This document shows, in pieces, positions 27,571 through 36,434 of a stretch of 64,000 bases of DNA (positions are counted from its first letter, which is position 1; each line of letters begins with the position of its first letter). The stretch comes from Dehalococcoidia bacterium. Its GTDB lineage: Bacteria > Chloroflexota > Dehalococcoidia > Lucifugimonadales > VXLM01. The position numbers were made by a program, and so were the translations under genes. A model generated the notes under the pieces. That model saw nothing but the letters and a program-made list of their open reading frames with translations, ran no database searches and was not told where the DNA came from. Where the stretch lies: positions 1,470,249-1,534,248 of the forward strand of contig OZ251484.1 of NCBI GenBank assembly GCA_965242665.1, written 5' to 3'.

Positions 27571-28914
27571 TCACCGCACCAACCTCCGAAACGGCTCCCG
27601 ACCAATCTCCGCCTCCAACAACGTATCCAACTCCCCCTCCAACGCACGCATGATCACACGCATCGACGCCTCCGCAGCATCCGCCGTAACCGCAATATCC
27701 TCATCCGTATGCGCCAACGTCGCCTTGAACGACGTCGGACAAAACACCCCCCGCTTCGACATCTCCTGAATGAACAGCGTATCGATCCCCTTCTTCATCG
27801 ACGGATCCGGAACCTCGAACGACAACGTCGGCGCAGTATGAAGCCCCGTAACCTCCGCAGCTATCCCCACCGAATCCACCGCACCCTGCAGCGCCGCCGC
27901 CATCTTCTCCCCAATCTCTCGAAACCGCTCCGTCGAATTCCGACGCTTCAACTCAGTGATCGTCGACACAGACGCCGCAAGACCAATGTTGTCGCTCCAA
28001 TACGAACTCGATATGAACATCCGGTCCGCAGGCTCCATCGCCTCACGCGAACCCACCACACAACCCATCGCATACCCATTCGACATCGCCTTCGCAAACA
28101 CCGACATATCCGGCGTCACCCCAAGCCACTCCTGAACGCTCCCCAACGATATCCGCCACCCAGACGAAACCTCATCGAAGATCAGCAGCGCCCCATTCGC
28201 ATGACACAACGCCTTCACCTCCTCCAAATACCCCTCCCTCGGACGCTCCGAACGCATCGGCTCCATCATCACCGCCGCCACCTCCCCCTCATGCTCACCG
28301 AACAACCCCCGCAAATTCTCGATGTCCCCATAGATGAACGGAACCGCCGTCCCCGCCAACGCACGAGGAACCCCAATCGGCTCAATCCCCGCAAACGGAA
28401 ACTCCCCAGACTCCGGATCCACCAAATAGTTCGCAGACTGATACCAATCATGCCAACCGTGATACCCCGAAAACAACACCTTGTCCCTCCCAGTCGCCCC
28501 CCGCGCTATCCGCACAGCCACCGCGCAAGACTCCCCTCCACCCTTCGTATACCGCACCATCTCCGCGCTCGGAATCGTATCCACCAACAACTCCGCAAGC
28601 TCGATCTCCAACGGACTGTTCAACGTAAACAAACTCCCCCGACCCACCTGCTCCCGCACAGCGCCATCCACCACATCATCCGCATGACCCAAGATGATCG
28701 CCGTCACCGCGTTCACCCAGTCGATATACTCGTTCCCATCCACATCCACGAACCGCGACCCCTTCGCACGCTCCGCATAGATCGGACTAATCGGATGAGC
28801 AAAACTGCTCGCCCTCCGACTAATCAACTGCGTCTTCCCCGGTATCAGCGTCTCCGCCCGCTCATACAACTCCAACGACCGTCCAACCCGACTCTCTCCC
28901 GATGCCATACCCAC
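27571..28914 (-). CDS. Class-III (PLP-dependent) aminotransferase, glutamate-1-semialdehyde aminomutase-like
   Basis: A 447-aa protein with ...GYHGWHDWY... and a PLP-Lys region ...VFAKAMSNGYAMG.... It lies in an operon with dedA and lhgO. Confidence 0.75.
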   Translation of the reverse strand: MGMASGESRVGRSLELYERAETLIPGKTQLISRRASSFAHPISPIYAERAKGSRFVDVDGNEYIDWVNAVTAIILGHADDVVDGAVREQVGRGSLFTLNSPLEIELAELLVDTIPSAEMVRYTKGGGESCAVAVRIARGATGRDKVLFSGYHGWHDWYQSANYLVDPESGEFPFAGIEPIGVPRALAGTAVPFIYGDIENLRGLFGEHEGEVAAVMMEPMRSERPREGYLEEVKALCHANGALLIFDEVSSGWRISLGSVQEWLGVTPDMSVFAKAMSNGYAMGCVVGSREAMEPADRMFISSSYWSDNIGLAASVSTITELKRRNSTERFREIGEKMAAALQGAVDSVGIAAEVTGLHTAPTLSFEVPDPSMKKGIDTLFIQEMSKRGVFCPTSFKATLAHTDEDIAVTADAAEASMRVIMRALEGELDTLLEAEIGREPFRRLVR

Positions 28915-29040
28915 TCCCTCCTTACAAGAAATCTCCCTCGCCCCTCATCCACCACACACCCCATCACCCCCACATTCTACCACACCCCGCACAACAGCGC
29001 CCAAGCTCCCTGCTCCAATGTAAAAAGCGACGATGTGTCT

Positions 29041-29300
29041 CCCGTCATTCCCACCCACGTCTACGTCACTCCCGCACCGCCTACGTCATTCCCACCCATG
29101 TCTACGTCATTCCCGCGAAGGCGGGAATCTCCCCCTCATACCACACAACCCCCACGTCCGGCACATCCTGCACCGCCTCCCGTCATTCCCACACCCTCCA
29201 CGTCACTCCTGCACCGCCCACGTCATTCCCACAACACACCCACGTCATTCCCGCGAAGGCGGGAATCTCCCCAATCGACAATCAGAAATCACAAATCATC
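29041..29300 (+). repeat. Repeat-element array (two palindromes plus about eight gtcattccc units), followed by the secondary caatc(g/a)acaatc repeat
   Basis: Read directly from the intergenic region. Confidence 0.9.
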
Positions 29301-29760
29301 AATCCCCCTCCACCGCCTCATACACCCTCACCCCCCTCCTGCTCACAGCCCGCAGCCGTCCCTCCCTCTCCAACGACCGCATCGCCCCCTGAACCGCCGG
29401 CGCGCCATGCCTCCGAAACTTCCCCATGATCTTCCCCTGCGCCTTCGGACGCTCGCAATACTCCAACACCTGCTCCGCAAGCAAATCATCCACCTCAGGA
29501 AGCGCCGAACGCGGCACGACCAACGTAACCCCCGCGTTCCCATCCACATCCTCCCCAAACATGTACTCCAACCGACCCTCATGCCTCCGCAAGAACGCCC
29601 GCAAACGCTTCCGCAGCACGCCCCCCACCCCGCTCGCGCCGTACCCATGCACCACCTCCAATCCTCCCCCAGACCGACGCAGCGCCCCGTTATACGCCTC
29701 AATGAACGCAGGCAGCGCCTCCGACCACGTCTGCCCATGCAAATCCAACGTCTCCATCAC
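29299..29760 (-). CDS. Smr-domain protein
   Basis: METLDLHGQTWSEAL carries the LDLHG motif that is diagnostic of Smr (MutS2 C-terminal-like) nicking-nuclease domains. Confidence 0.7.
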   Translation of the reverse strand: MMETLDLHGQTWSEALPAFIEAYNGALRRSGGGLEVVHGYGASGVGGVLRKRLRAFLRRHEGRLEYMFGEDVDGNAGVTLVVPRSALPEVDDLLAEQVLEYCERPKAQGKIMGKFRRHGAPAVQGAMRSLEREGRLRAVSRRGVRVYEAVEGD

Positions 29761-29825
29761 TCCCTACCCCCGCAAAACTACTCCGCCCCTACGCATCCAC
29801 CCATCACTGCCCCAAATCTGCCCAC

Positions 29826-29893
29826 GCCACTCCCGCACCGCCTACGTCATTCCCACAACACTCACGTCATTCCCGCGAAGGCGGGAATCTCCC
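29826..29893 (+). repeat. Repeat element (units plus a palindrome)
   Basis: The sequence reads cactcccgcaccgcctacgtcattcccacaacactcacgtcattcccgcgaaggcgggaatctcc. Confidence 0.9.
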
Positions 29894-29912
29894 CCCCATA
29901 CTACCACCCCCC

Positions 29913-30626
29913 TCACGGCCTGCACACCTTGCAACCCACAACATCCCGCCCCGTCTCCCCAGCCCGCCCAAAAGCATCCTCCCGAGAACCAAACGGCCCA
30001 TGCCACTCATTCTCATGGACATTGATAGGACCGCGCTTCCTACCTTGCCAGTACGTGCAAGTCTCCCTGTGAACCCGCGCATAGTTGTATATCTTCTCCT
30101 CGTACACCCCGTAACCCACGGCACTCCCATCCGGTGCCGGTTGCCGCGGCGGAACGCCCGGCTGCAGATTATCCCGTATCCTCTCCACCTCCCGCTTCTC
30201 CTCCTCCGCACCAATCCGCCCAAGCACCTCGGCAAAGTCTGTCAACCGACTCTCCACGTACCGCACGGACAAGTCTTTCCCACCCGGGTGCGAGGACTCG
30301 TTTCGCGCGTCCACGATCACGCGAACCAAGTTCAAAGACGACCGGTCGTGCTCAAACGCAGATCCGAAAACATCCTTCCAATAGAGGTCGACGATGTGGG
30401 GAATGGCGTTGAGGTCTATCGCCCCCTCGACCCCTTCTCCGCGCCGGCGGCGCCGTTGGAACGCCTTCCGCCCAGCATCATTCAAAGACGACCGTATCGC
30501 CTCCTCCGCCCCATCGCCGAAAACACACCGCATATGCCGCACGACGAACGCACGCATCGCATCCCGAAAGATATCCACCGCCCGATTCAGCGCATCCCTA
30601 TTCGGTCGCTCCCTCATCGTACTCAC
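29913..30626 (-). CDS. Swt1-like HEPN-domain protein with a conserved Cys/His-containing C-terminal domain that is shared with the SPFH protein downstream
   Basis: The N-terminal half contains ...VRVIVDARNESSHPG..., an Rx4H HEPN motif in a Swt1-like context. The C-terminal ~65 aa, YGVYEEKIYNYARVHRETCTYWQG...EWHGPFGSREDAFGRAGETGRDVVGCKVCRP, is paralogous to residues ~270-340 of the 562-aa neighbour. A GTG start follows a GGAGG ribosome-binding site. Confidence 0.6.
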   Translation of the reverse strand: MSTMRERPNRDALNRAVDIFRDAMRAFVVRHMRCVFGDGAEEAIRSSLNDAGRKAFQRRRRRGEGVEGAIDLNAIPHIVDLYWKDVFGSAFEHDRSSLNLVRVIVDARNESSHPGGKDLSVRYVESRLTDFAEVLGRIGAEEEKREVERIRDNLQPGVPPRQPAPDGSAVGYGVYEEKIYNYARVHRETCTYWQGRKRGPINVHENEWHGPFGSREDAFGRAGETGRDVVGCKVCRP

Positions 30627-30649
30627 CAGCCGAACGCCTCCAACGAATA

Positions 30650-30697
30650 CTCACTCCCGCACCCTCCCCGTCATTCCCGCGTAGGCGGGAATCTCCC
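30650..30697 (+). repeat. Repeat element (single palindrome copy)
   Basis: The sequence reads ccgtcattcccgcgtaggcgggaatctcc. Confidence 0.9.
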
Positions 30698-30764
30698 CAC
30701 GGCCGGCACGCCCCTCACCCAACGCGCCGTCTCCGGCAACTACCCAAATATAAACGAGGCTGAC

Positions 30765-30908
30765 TCAGGACATCATGACACCGACGATACCAAACACGAT
30801 GGCCAAGGCCCCTATTATGAGAAAAGCACCGCGGCCCCAGATCCTCCAACCAATGGCAGCGATAAAAAGCCCCCCAACTATGGACAGTGCGAATGTGTCG
30901 TATCCCAT
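30765..30908 (-). CDS. Small (47-aa) hydrophobic membrane peptide
   Basis: The minus strand reads AAAGGAGGATCAA-ATG GGA TAC GAC ACA ..., giving MGYDTFALSIVGGLFIAAIGWRIWGRGAFLIIGALAIVFGIVGVMMS. It has a near-perfect ribosome-binding site and lies in the lower-GC patch. It is below the 60-aa cutoff of the ORF track. Confidence 0.45.
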   Translation of the reverse strand: MGYDTFALSIVGGLFIAAIGWRIWGRGAFLIIGALAIVFGIVGVMMS

Positions 30909-31156
30909 TTGATCCTCCTTTCCGATTTCAAGAATTTCTCCTGAACATTAGTAAGGAATTATATACCAGCGCATCACAATAGTCAACCACGCAAGCATTG
31001 ATCCATTTAATGTATTGGCGTAGGTTACCCCTACAAAACTCGCGGTACCTACCCCCTTCCCTGACACATTCTCCAATAGAAAGGCTTTGAACTGTATAAC
31101 ATCTGCTTCCCTCTTTCAGAAAAGTAGAGCCCTACTCACCATAAACGCAATGCCTA

Positions 31157-32845
31157 CTATGGCAAGTAAGACGCAATCCGGGCTAGCGCGAACGGCATCG
31201 TCAATATGCAAATCAATAGAAGGAGTGCTGCTATCTTCAGAAATGCGTCTTTCTCTGTGGACACCCCGACTGACGCGGCGATTAAACTCAGAACGAATAT
31301 CCCAGCGTATATCTGCAGCGGAAGAAGGGCCACAACAATGACCACAACAATGACCACCCCCACCAGCACCCCGCAACCAGCGATATAATAACCTAGACTT
31401 AGTCCCTTATGGCCAGAATCCGAGACTTCATCCGTGGCGCTCGGACTCCTCTTCCAACTGCGAGGTGGGTTATTGCGTGAGATGACTTCATCCGTACCGC
31501 TTGGATTCCTCGGTCTCATGTCCGAGGAACTGCGGCGGCGCAAATGTTCCTGCCTGCGCGGCGGCGTATAGTACGACGCATTGGCCTGACCGCCGTGGTC
31601 TGGCGGCGGCTCGTTAGAAACCGCCCCCGAGTTCTCCCTCAATGTTCGAGAAATCCGCACGTCAGCGCCCCCGTGCACACGTGCGAAAGAAATCCGATAG
31701 GTGACGTTTCTTCCGTCCAAATAATAAGACGTCCTACGCGAATGCGGATCGGTCGTATGAAACATGCGGTTGTATTTGGGTATCTGTTTCCTCACCCAAT
31801 CCGGCACATTCTGCATAGATTTCCTTCCATTCTTGAACGAGTAACCAATCTCTTCCCACTCTCCATCGACGCTATGCGGCCTACATACCTTGCACCCTCG
31901 AACATCCTTTTGCCCCGTCGCCTCCGCCCTCCGAAACGCCTCCTCCAGAGACCCATACGGCCCGTACCACTCGCTATCGCCCGGAATCCGCCCGCGCCCC
32001 ATACCCGCGCCGTGATTGCAGTAACGACACCCCCCATCATGAACCTTCGCCTGACTGGTCACCCGATCCTCATACACCCAGTAACTGGAGCCAAGTGTCG
32101 GCGGTGTTGCGGGAGGTATCACAGGCGGGGCGGGCGAATCACGCCGCGGCTTGCGCTCGGTAACTTCGTCAACCTCATGCCGCCGCTTGATCTCCCGCAA
32201 CTCCTCCTCATGCCGCCGCTCCCTAATCCGCTCCCGCTCCTCCGACGTCAACCCCCAGTTCACCGTGAAATTGTCCAACCGCAGACCGTAGAACCGAATC
32301 GTCGACGCCAGCTCGATGTTCACCGACTCGTAGATCCCCCGAAACAACTCCCGATTCCCCCGCAACTCCTCCGCCGTGTACCTGTGAATATCCAACGCCA
32401 GCACCTTGTCCAACAACTCGTCCTTGATCACATCCGAAACGTCCCGCCTCGTGACGACACCGCTCCCCGGCCGCAGCTTCATCAGATGCTCCACGTTCTC
32501 CCGCACGACCCGCATCGTAAGGACAAGCCTCCCAGTCACCGCCTCGTCGTCCGACGTCAGCACCGGCTGCCCCAGCACGACGCCGTCATCAGGCTCCTCC
32601 CGATCCATCGGATCCATCAGCCAAAACGTCAGGGTAAACGGCGCAGTAGAAGCCACATACGTCCGAACCTCCCCCTTCCCAGGCAGATTTCGCTTCCCCG
32701 ACTCGAACACGTCCACCACTTCCCCGTCCTGGATCACGATCCCAATCTGAAAGGGCATGACCGTCAGCGACCATCGCACGCCAAGGAACCCAGCGCTCGG
32801 CCACGCCTCCCGCAATATCGCATCGTCTCGCATTCCCTCGTTCAT
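31157..32845 (-). CDS. SPFH/band-7-like domain membrane protein with a coiled coil, the shared Cys/His C-terminal-type domain, a disordered segment and two C-terminal TM helices
   Basis: The start is placed at MNEGMRDD, which has a GGAGAGG ribosome-binding site. The ORF-track start at 32884 lacks one. The N-terminal ~230 aa look SPFH-like (...VSDVIKDELLDKVLALDIHRYTAEELRGNRELFRGIYESVNIELASTIRFYGLRLDNFTVNW + EERERIRERRHEEELREIKRRHE). The mid domain SYWVYEDRVTSQAKVHDGGCRYC...EWYGPYGSLEEAFRRAEATGQKDVRGCKVCRP matches the HEPN protein's C-terminus. The C-terminal TM helices are hydrophobic. Confidence 0.6.
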   Translation of the reverse strand: MNEGMRDDAILREAWPSAGFLGVRWSLTVMPFQIGIVIQDGEVVDVFESGKRNLPGKGEVRTYVASTAPFTLTFWLMDPMDREEPDDGVVLGQPVLTSDDEAVTGRLVLTMRVVRENVEHLMKLRPGSGVVTRRDVSDVIKDELLDKVLALDIHRYTAEELRGNRELFRGIYESVNIELASTIRFYGLRLDNFTVNWGLTSEERERIRERRHEEELREIKRRHEVDEVTERKPRRDSPAPPVIPPATPPTLGSSYWVYEDRVTSQAKVHDGGCRYCNHGAGMGRGRIPGDSEWYGPYGSLEEAFRRAEATGQKDVRGCKVCRPHSVDGEWEEIGYSFKNGRKSMQNVPDWVRKQIPKYNRMFHTTDPHSRRTSYYLDGRNVTYRISFARVHGGADVRISRTLRENSGAVSNEPPPDHGGQANASYYTPPRRQEHLRRRSSSDMRPRNPSGTDEVISRNNPPRSWKRSPSATDEVSDSGHKGLSLGYYIAGCGVLVGVVIVVVIVVALLPLQIYAGIFVLSLIAASVGVSTEKDAFLKIAALLLLICILTMPFALARIASYLP

Positions 32846-33003
32846 ATCGCCTCTCCAGTCATTCCTACCACTTGCCTGCCCCAACCCTCCCCCCAGTCAC
32901 ACGGCCCGGCCATCCCACCGCCCCGGCACAGGCCGGAGCCCGGCCCCCGCCGAACTCCCACGCACGCCAGAGCGGCGAAACACCGATCCCTGCCGTCATT
33001 CCC

Positions 33004-33567
33004 TCAAACGCGCGAACCTACCCCATCGCCCTCCGCCTTCTCCCGCGCCGCAAGCTCGATCTCCGCCCGCGCACGGTCGAACTCCGCGCCCCGCTCGAAC
33101 TTCACATCGTCCGCGTCCGGCTCCAACATGCGCACGATAGTCTCCAGCTTGTTACCCGACTCCTTCGTGCTGACCGCGATCGCATCCAACTGATCCTCCA
33201 GCGCCTCCTCGTCCAACTCGTTGATCCGCTTCCAAACCCCACGCTTCTCCAACTCCCGCTTCATCCGAAGCACGTCCATCGCAGCATCCAACGCCGCCAT
33301 CCGCGTAATCGTCCGCTGCAAATCCGCCTCCGACCTCGTCTTCCGCTTGGACGCGATCGACATCTGGTACGCATGAACATCACGCTCCGCACTGCCCACG
33401 CCCGGATCCGAAGCCAACCCCAACCGCCGGTCGTACTCCTCCTGCAGCCGCTTGATACCCCGCAACTGCTTGTCCTGCTCCACCTCCTGAACAGCCCGCT
33501 CCTTCCGCAACTCCCCCATCTTCAGATCCTCCAACCTCTTCGCCCTGCCAAATCCCAGTATCCCCAT
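33004..33567 (-). CDS. PspA/IM30/ESCRT-III (Snf7)-superfamily-like coiled-coil protein
   Basis: A 187-aa, charged and heptad-rich protein. The N-terminus MGILGFGRAKRLEDLKMGELRKERA resembles the PspA (MGIFSRF...) and Snf7 N-termini. An AGGAGG ribosome-binding site lies upstream of the ATG. Confidence 0.45.
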   Translation of the reverse strand: MGILGFGRAKRLEDLKMGELRKERAVQEVEQDKQLRGIKRLQEEYDRRLGLASDPGVGSAERDVHAYQMSIASKRKTRSEADLQRTITRMAALDAAMDVLRMKRELEKRGVWKRINELDEEALEDQLDAIAVSTKESGNKLETIVRMLEPDADDVKFERGAEFDRARAEIELAAREKAEGDGVGSRV

Positions 33568-33636
33568 GTCATCTCCTCCTTTTCTCGTTCTTCGTCCTAC
33601 GTTCTCGCCGCGTTCGCGCTATGTTCTCGCCCCCCA

Positions 33637-33797
33637 TCATTCCCACACCCGTCTACGTCATTCCCGCGTAGGCGGGAATCCACACCCCCCGTCATTCCCT
33701 TCGCCATCCCGGTCGTCCCCTTTCTCCAACGTCATTCCCACACCCGTCTACGTTATTCCCGCACCCACCCCCGTCATTCCCGCGCAGGCGGGAATCC
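33637..33797 (+). repeat. Repeat-element array (two palindromes plus gtcattccc units)
   Basis: Read directly. It lies between the helix-turn-helix gene and the PspA-like gene. Confidence 0.9.
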
Positions 33798-33806
33798 ACG
33801 CCCCCA

Positions 33807-34328
33807 TCACCACACACCCTTGTCTGTCCGCTTGATGATCTTCATCTTCTGACCATCCCGATCCTTCATATCCGACTCGATGATCCGCTTCTCCTTCCGC
33901 AGCAACTCCACAGCCTCCCGCACCGCGTCCTCCCCAAAATCCTCGTTGAGATGAGCGATCAAGAGCACTGTCCGCCCCCCCCGGGTCAACATATCATTGA
34001 TAGCGTTCTTGCACGACTTCACCAACGCCGCGCGCTCCTCCTCGTCCATCTCCCGCACCCGCCACCGCGTCGGCTCCAAATCCACATCCGGCGTAATCGG
34101 CACCTTTGACCCTCCCCCCGACCGATGCCCCTCCAACCACTCATCCACCTCCGACCGCCGAAACCTCCACGCCGAACCCAACTTGAACGCAGGAATCTTG
34201 CCCTCCTGCGCCCAACCATATATCGTACGCTCGGACATGCCCAAATACCGCGACACCTCCGCCAACGACATCAACCCAGGCACGCCCGCGCTCCCTCCGC
34301 TATCTCCCACGATCACTCCTGCCAACAC
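33807..34328 (-). CDS. Excisionase-family helix-turn-helix (HTH_17-type) DNA-binding protein with a ~110-aa C-terminal domain of unknown function
   Basis: LMSLAEVSRYLGMSERTIYGWAQEGKIPAFKLGSAWRFRRSEVDEWL is a canonical HTH_17/excisionase-type helix-turn-helix. The start is uncertain: GTG at 34328, or the internal M at 34271. Confidence 0.6.
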   Translation of the reverse strand: MLAGVIVGDSGGSAGVPGLMSLAEVSRYLGMSERTIYGWAQEGKIPAFKLGSAWRFRRSEVDEWLEGHRSGGGSKVPITPDVDLEPTRWRVREMDEEERAALVKSCKNAINDMLTRGGRTVLLIAHLNEDFGEDAVREAVELLRKEKRIIESDMKDRDGQKMKIIKRTDKGVW

Positions 34329-34514
34329 CAGATTTCCCGCAGCTCATGTCACCCCGCAGCCAACTATGACACCATACAACAACCAATATCATACATCTCA
34401 ACCTCATGTCAAGCTATGTCAAGAAATAGCAAACCCCCAAAATCTCCACTCCCCAAGAAATCCCCGAACCACCCCACCTCCAACCCAACCCCCGTCTACC
34501 TACCGCCACCTCCC

Positions 34515-34668
34515 CCATCATTCCTGCACCCCGTCTACGTCATTCCCGCACCCCGTCTACGTCATTCCCGCACCCGTCTACGTCATTCCCGCGTAGGCGG
34601 GAATCCCCAACTCCCACCCACCTACCGCCTCCACTCACCCACGTCATTCCCGCGTAGGCGGGAATCCC
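34515..34668 (+). repeat. Repeat-element array (two palindromes plus four units)
   Basis: Read directly from the intergenic region. Confidence 0.9.
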
Positions 34669-34682
34669 CAACCCCCACCCAT

Positions 34683-35768
34683 CTACCGCCTCCGCAGCAA
34701 GTAGATACTCGGCGCGATATACCCCCGATGAAACGACACCCGCAGCGGAACCTCCGCCGCACGCCTCCACAACCCGCCATGCCGCGCAAGCGCCGCCTCG
34801 AACAGCCGCCGACGCGCAGTGTACGCCGCAAAAGCCCCCCCAGAACGCACCAACCGCCCAGCCTCCTGCAGCGCAGCGTCATACAGCTCATCCAACCCTT
34901 CTCCCCTGTTCCTCGCCATCCCAAACGGAAGATCCGACGACGCCGTGTCGAACGACCCATCCCGCAGCGGCGCCCGCCGCATATCCCCGCGCAGAAGCTC
35001 CACCTCTCCCAACACGCCCGCAGCAGCCACATTCTCCCGCGCGCACGCCAACGCCCCCGCATCCGCATCCACCCCAACGATCCGTCCCGCCCCGCCAACC
35101 GCCGCCCGCTCGATCGGCAGCGTCCCAGAACCGCACCCCAAGTTCACGAACCGCTCCCCCATACCATCCCCGGGCAGCATCACCATCGCGTGCGCAATCG
35201 TAGCATTCATCGCATCCGACCGATTGCACACCCGCCAAGCCCGCGCAGACAGCGGCATCGGCGTCAACCGAATCAGCGCCTCCCATCCAACTCCGCCCCC
35301 CGCCCTGCGAATCGACACATTCAAGTGACCCGCATCCTCTCGATCCTCCAACCCAAAGACCGACGCAATCTCGCCCCGCAACCGCCGCAGCACACTCGAG
35401 TTCGAACCCGCCGCCCGAACGCGGAGCGTCCGAAACGACCCAGCCGGATGCATCCCCATCACCCGCTCGATCGACGCCGCCAACCGCGTGAAACTCTCAT
35501 GCCCCAGCAGAGCCCTCGGACGCGGCGCGTCGAACCGCTCCACCGCATGAACCGCCGCCGCGCTCCGCAGACCCAGCAGCGAACCCGCAGGCCCCCCGTA
35601 CCTGATCGACAAACGCCCCTCTCGATGGATCCCCAGCGAGCGGTACCCCCGCCTGCCCAGCTCCCTCGACAACTCGTCGTCGACGAACCGCTCCAACCCG
35701 CTAACGAGCTCGATCTCATACCGATCGAAGACGTCGGACGAAGCGCTGTCGATTCCGCGGCGAGACAT
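34683..35768 (-). CDS. THUMP-domain class I SAM-dependent RNA methyltransferase
   Basis: An N-terminal THUMP-like region is followed by the methyltransferase motif I VNLGCGSGTLPIE and the (D/N)PPF-like motif SDLPFG. Confidence 0.7.
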   Translation of the reverse strand: MSRRGIDSASSDVFDRYEIELVSGLERFVDDELSRELGRRGYRSLGIHREGRLSIRYGGPAGSLLGLRSAAAVHAVERFDAPRPRALLGHESFTRLAASIERVMGMHPAGSFRTLRVRAAGSNSSVLRRLRGEIASVFGLEDREDAGHLNVSIRRAGGGVGWEALIRLTPMPLSARAWRVCNRSDAMNATIAHAMVMLPGDGMGERFVNLGCGSGTLPIERAAVGGAGRIVGVDADAGALACARENVAAAGVLGEVELLRGDMRRAPLRDGSFDTASSDLPFGMARNRGEGLDELYDAALQEAGRLVRSGGAFAAYTARRRLFEAALARHGGLWRRAAEVPLRVSFHRGYIAPSIYLLRRR

Positions 35769-35880
35769 GACCCGTACTATCCTACCCTACCCACGCCACA
35801 TGCGCTCGACCGCTCGATACGCTATAATACAGACCCAGCCTCCGCGGTAGCCCCGGAGAGTCCCGCATTGAGAGCGTGAG

Positions 35881-36315
35881 ATGCCAACGGTTTTCGTCCC
35901 CCCATTGATGCAAAAACTCACGGACGGCAAGCCCACCGTCCCAGTACAAGGCAAATCCGTCCGCGAAGTGATCGACAACCTCGACCACGCGTACCCGGGC
36001 GTGAAAGCCCGCCTCGTCGACGGCTTCAAACTCAAACCAAACATATCCGTCGCCGTAGACGGAGAAGTCAGCCCCATAGGAATGCTCCAAAGAGTCCAGG
36101 AAGATAGCGAAGTCCACTTCCTGCCCGCGATCGGAGGCGGAAGCCAGACGAAGCCGCCGCGCGCGAAAAGTTCCCCAACGCCCACTCCTGCACCGCAGGA
36201 CAAGCAAGCAGCCTCCTCGACCGCATCCTCGCAAAGAACACGGTGTAGCGCGCTGAACCCCGCCCTCCTCGAAACCGACCGACGCGCATCCATGGAAATA
36301 CCTCCGCCGCGATAA
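35881..36315 (+). CDS. MoaD/ThiS-family ubiquitin-like sulfur-carrier protein with a ~55-aa extension beyond the Gly-Gly
   Basis: The β-grasp pattern ...VAVDGEVSP...SEVHFLPAIGGG is followed by an S/P/T/Q-rich tail up to the stop. Confidence 0.55.
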   Translation: MPTVFVPPLMQKLTDGKPTVPVQGKSVREVIDNLDHAYPGVKARLVDGFKLKPNISVAVDGEVSPIGMLQRVQEDSEVHFLPAIGGGSQTKPPRAKSSPTPTPAPQDKQAASSTASSQRTRCSALNPALLETDRRASMEIPPPR

Positions 36316-36434
36316 GCCATACCGAATATGACCCCCTGGCAAGCTCCCACCAGTCCCGTTGTATGCGCTATAATGAGACCGCGCAGCCGAGCAGCGCAAG
36401 CGCCAAAGAAACCATCCCCGTCCGGAGAAGATAC

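Noticed and set aside
32872-33852. A 326-aa + strand ORF overlapping the PspA-like gene, and similar + strand ORFs across 29400-35900
   Set aside because: These lie opposite genes with ribosome-binding sites and domain signatures. Their translations are Pro/Arg/His-rich. They include repeat-element translations.
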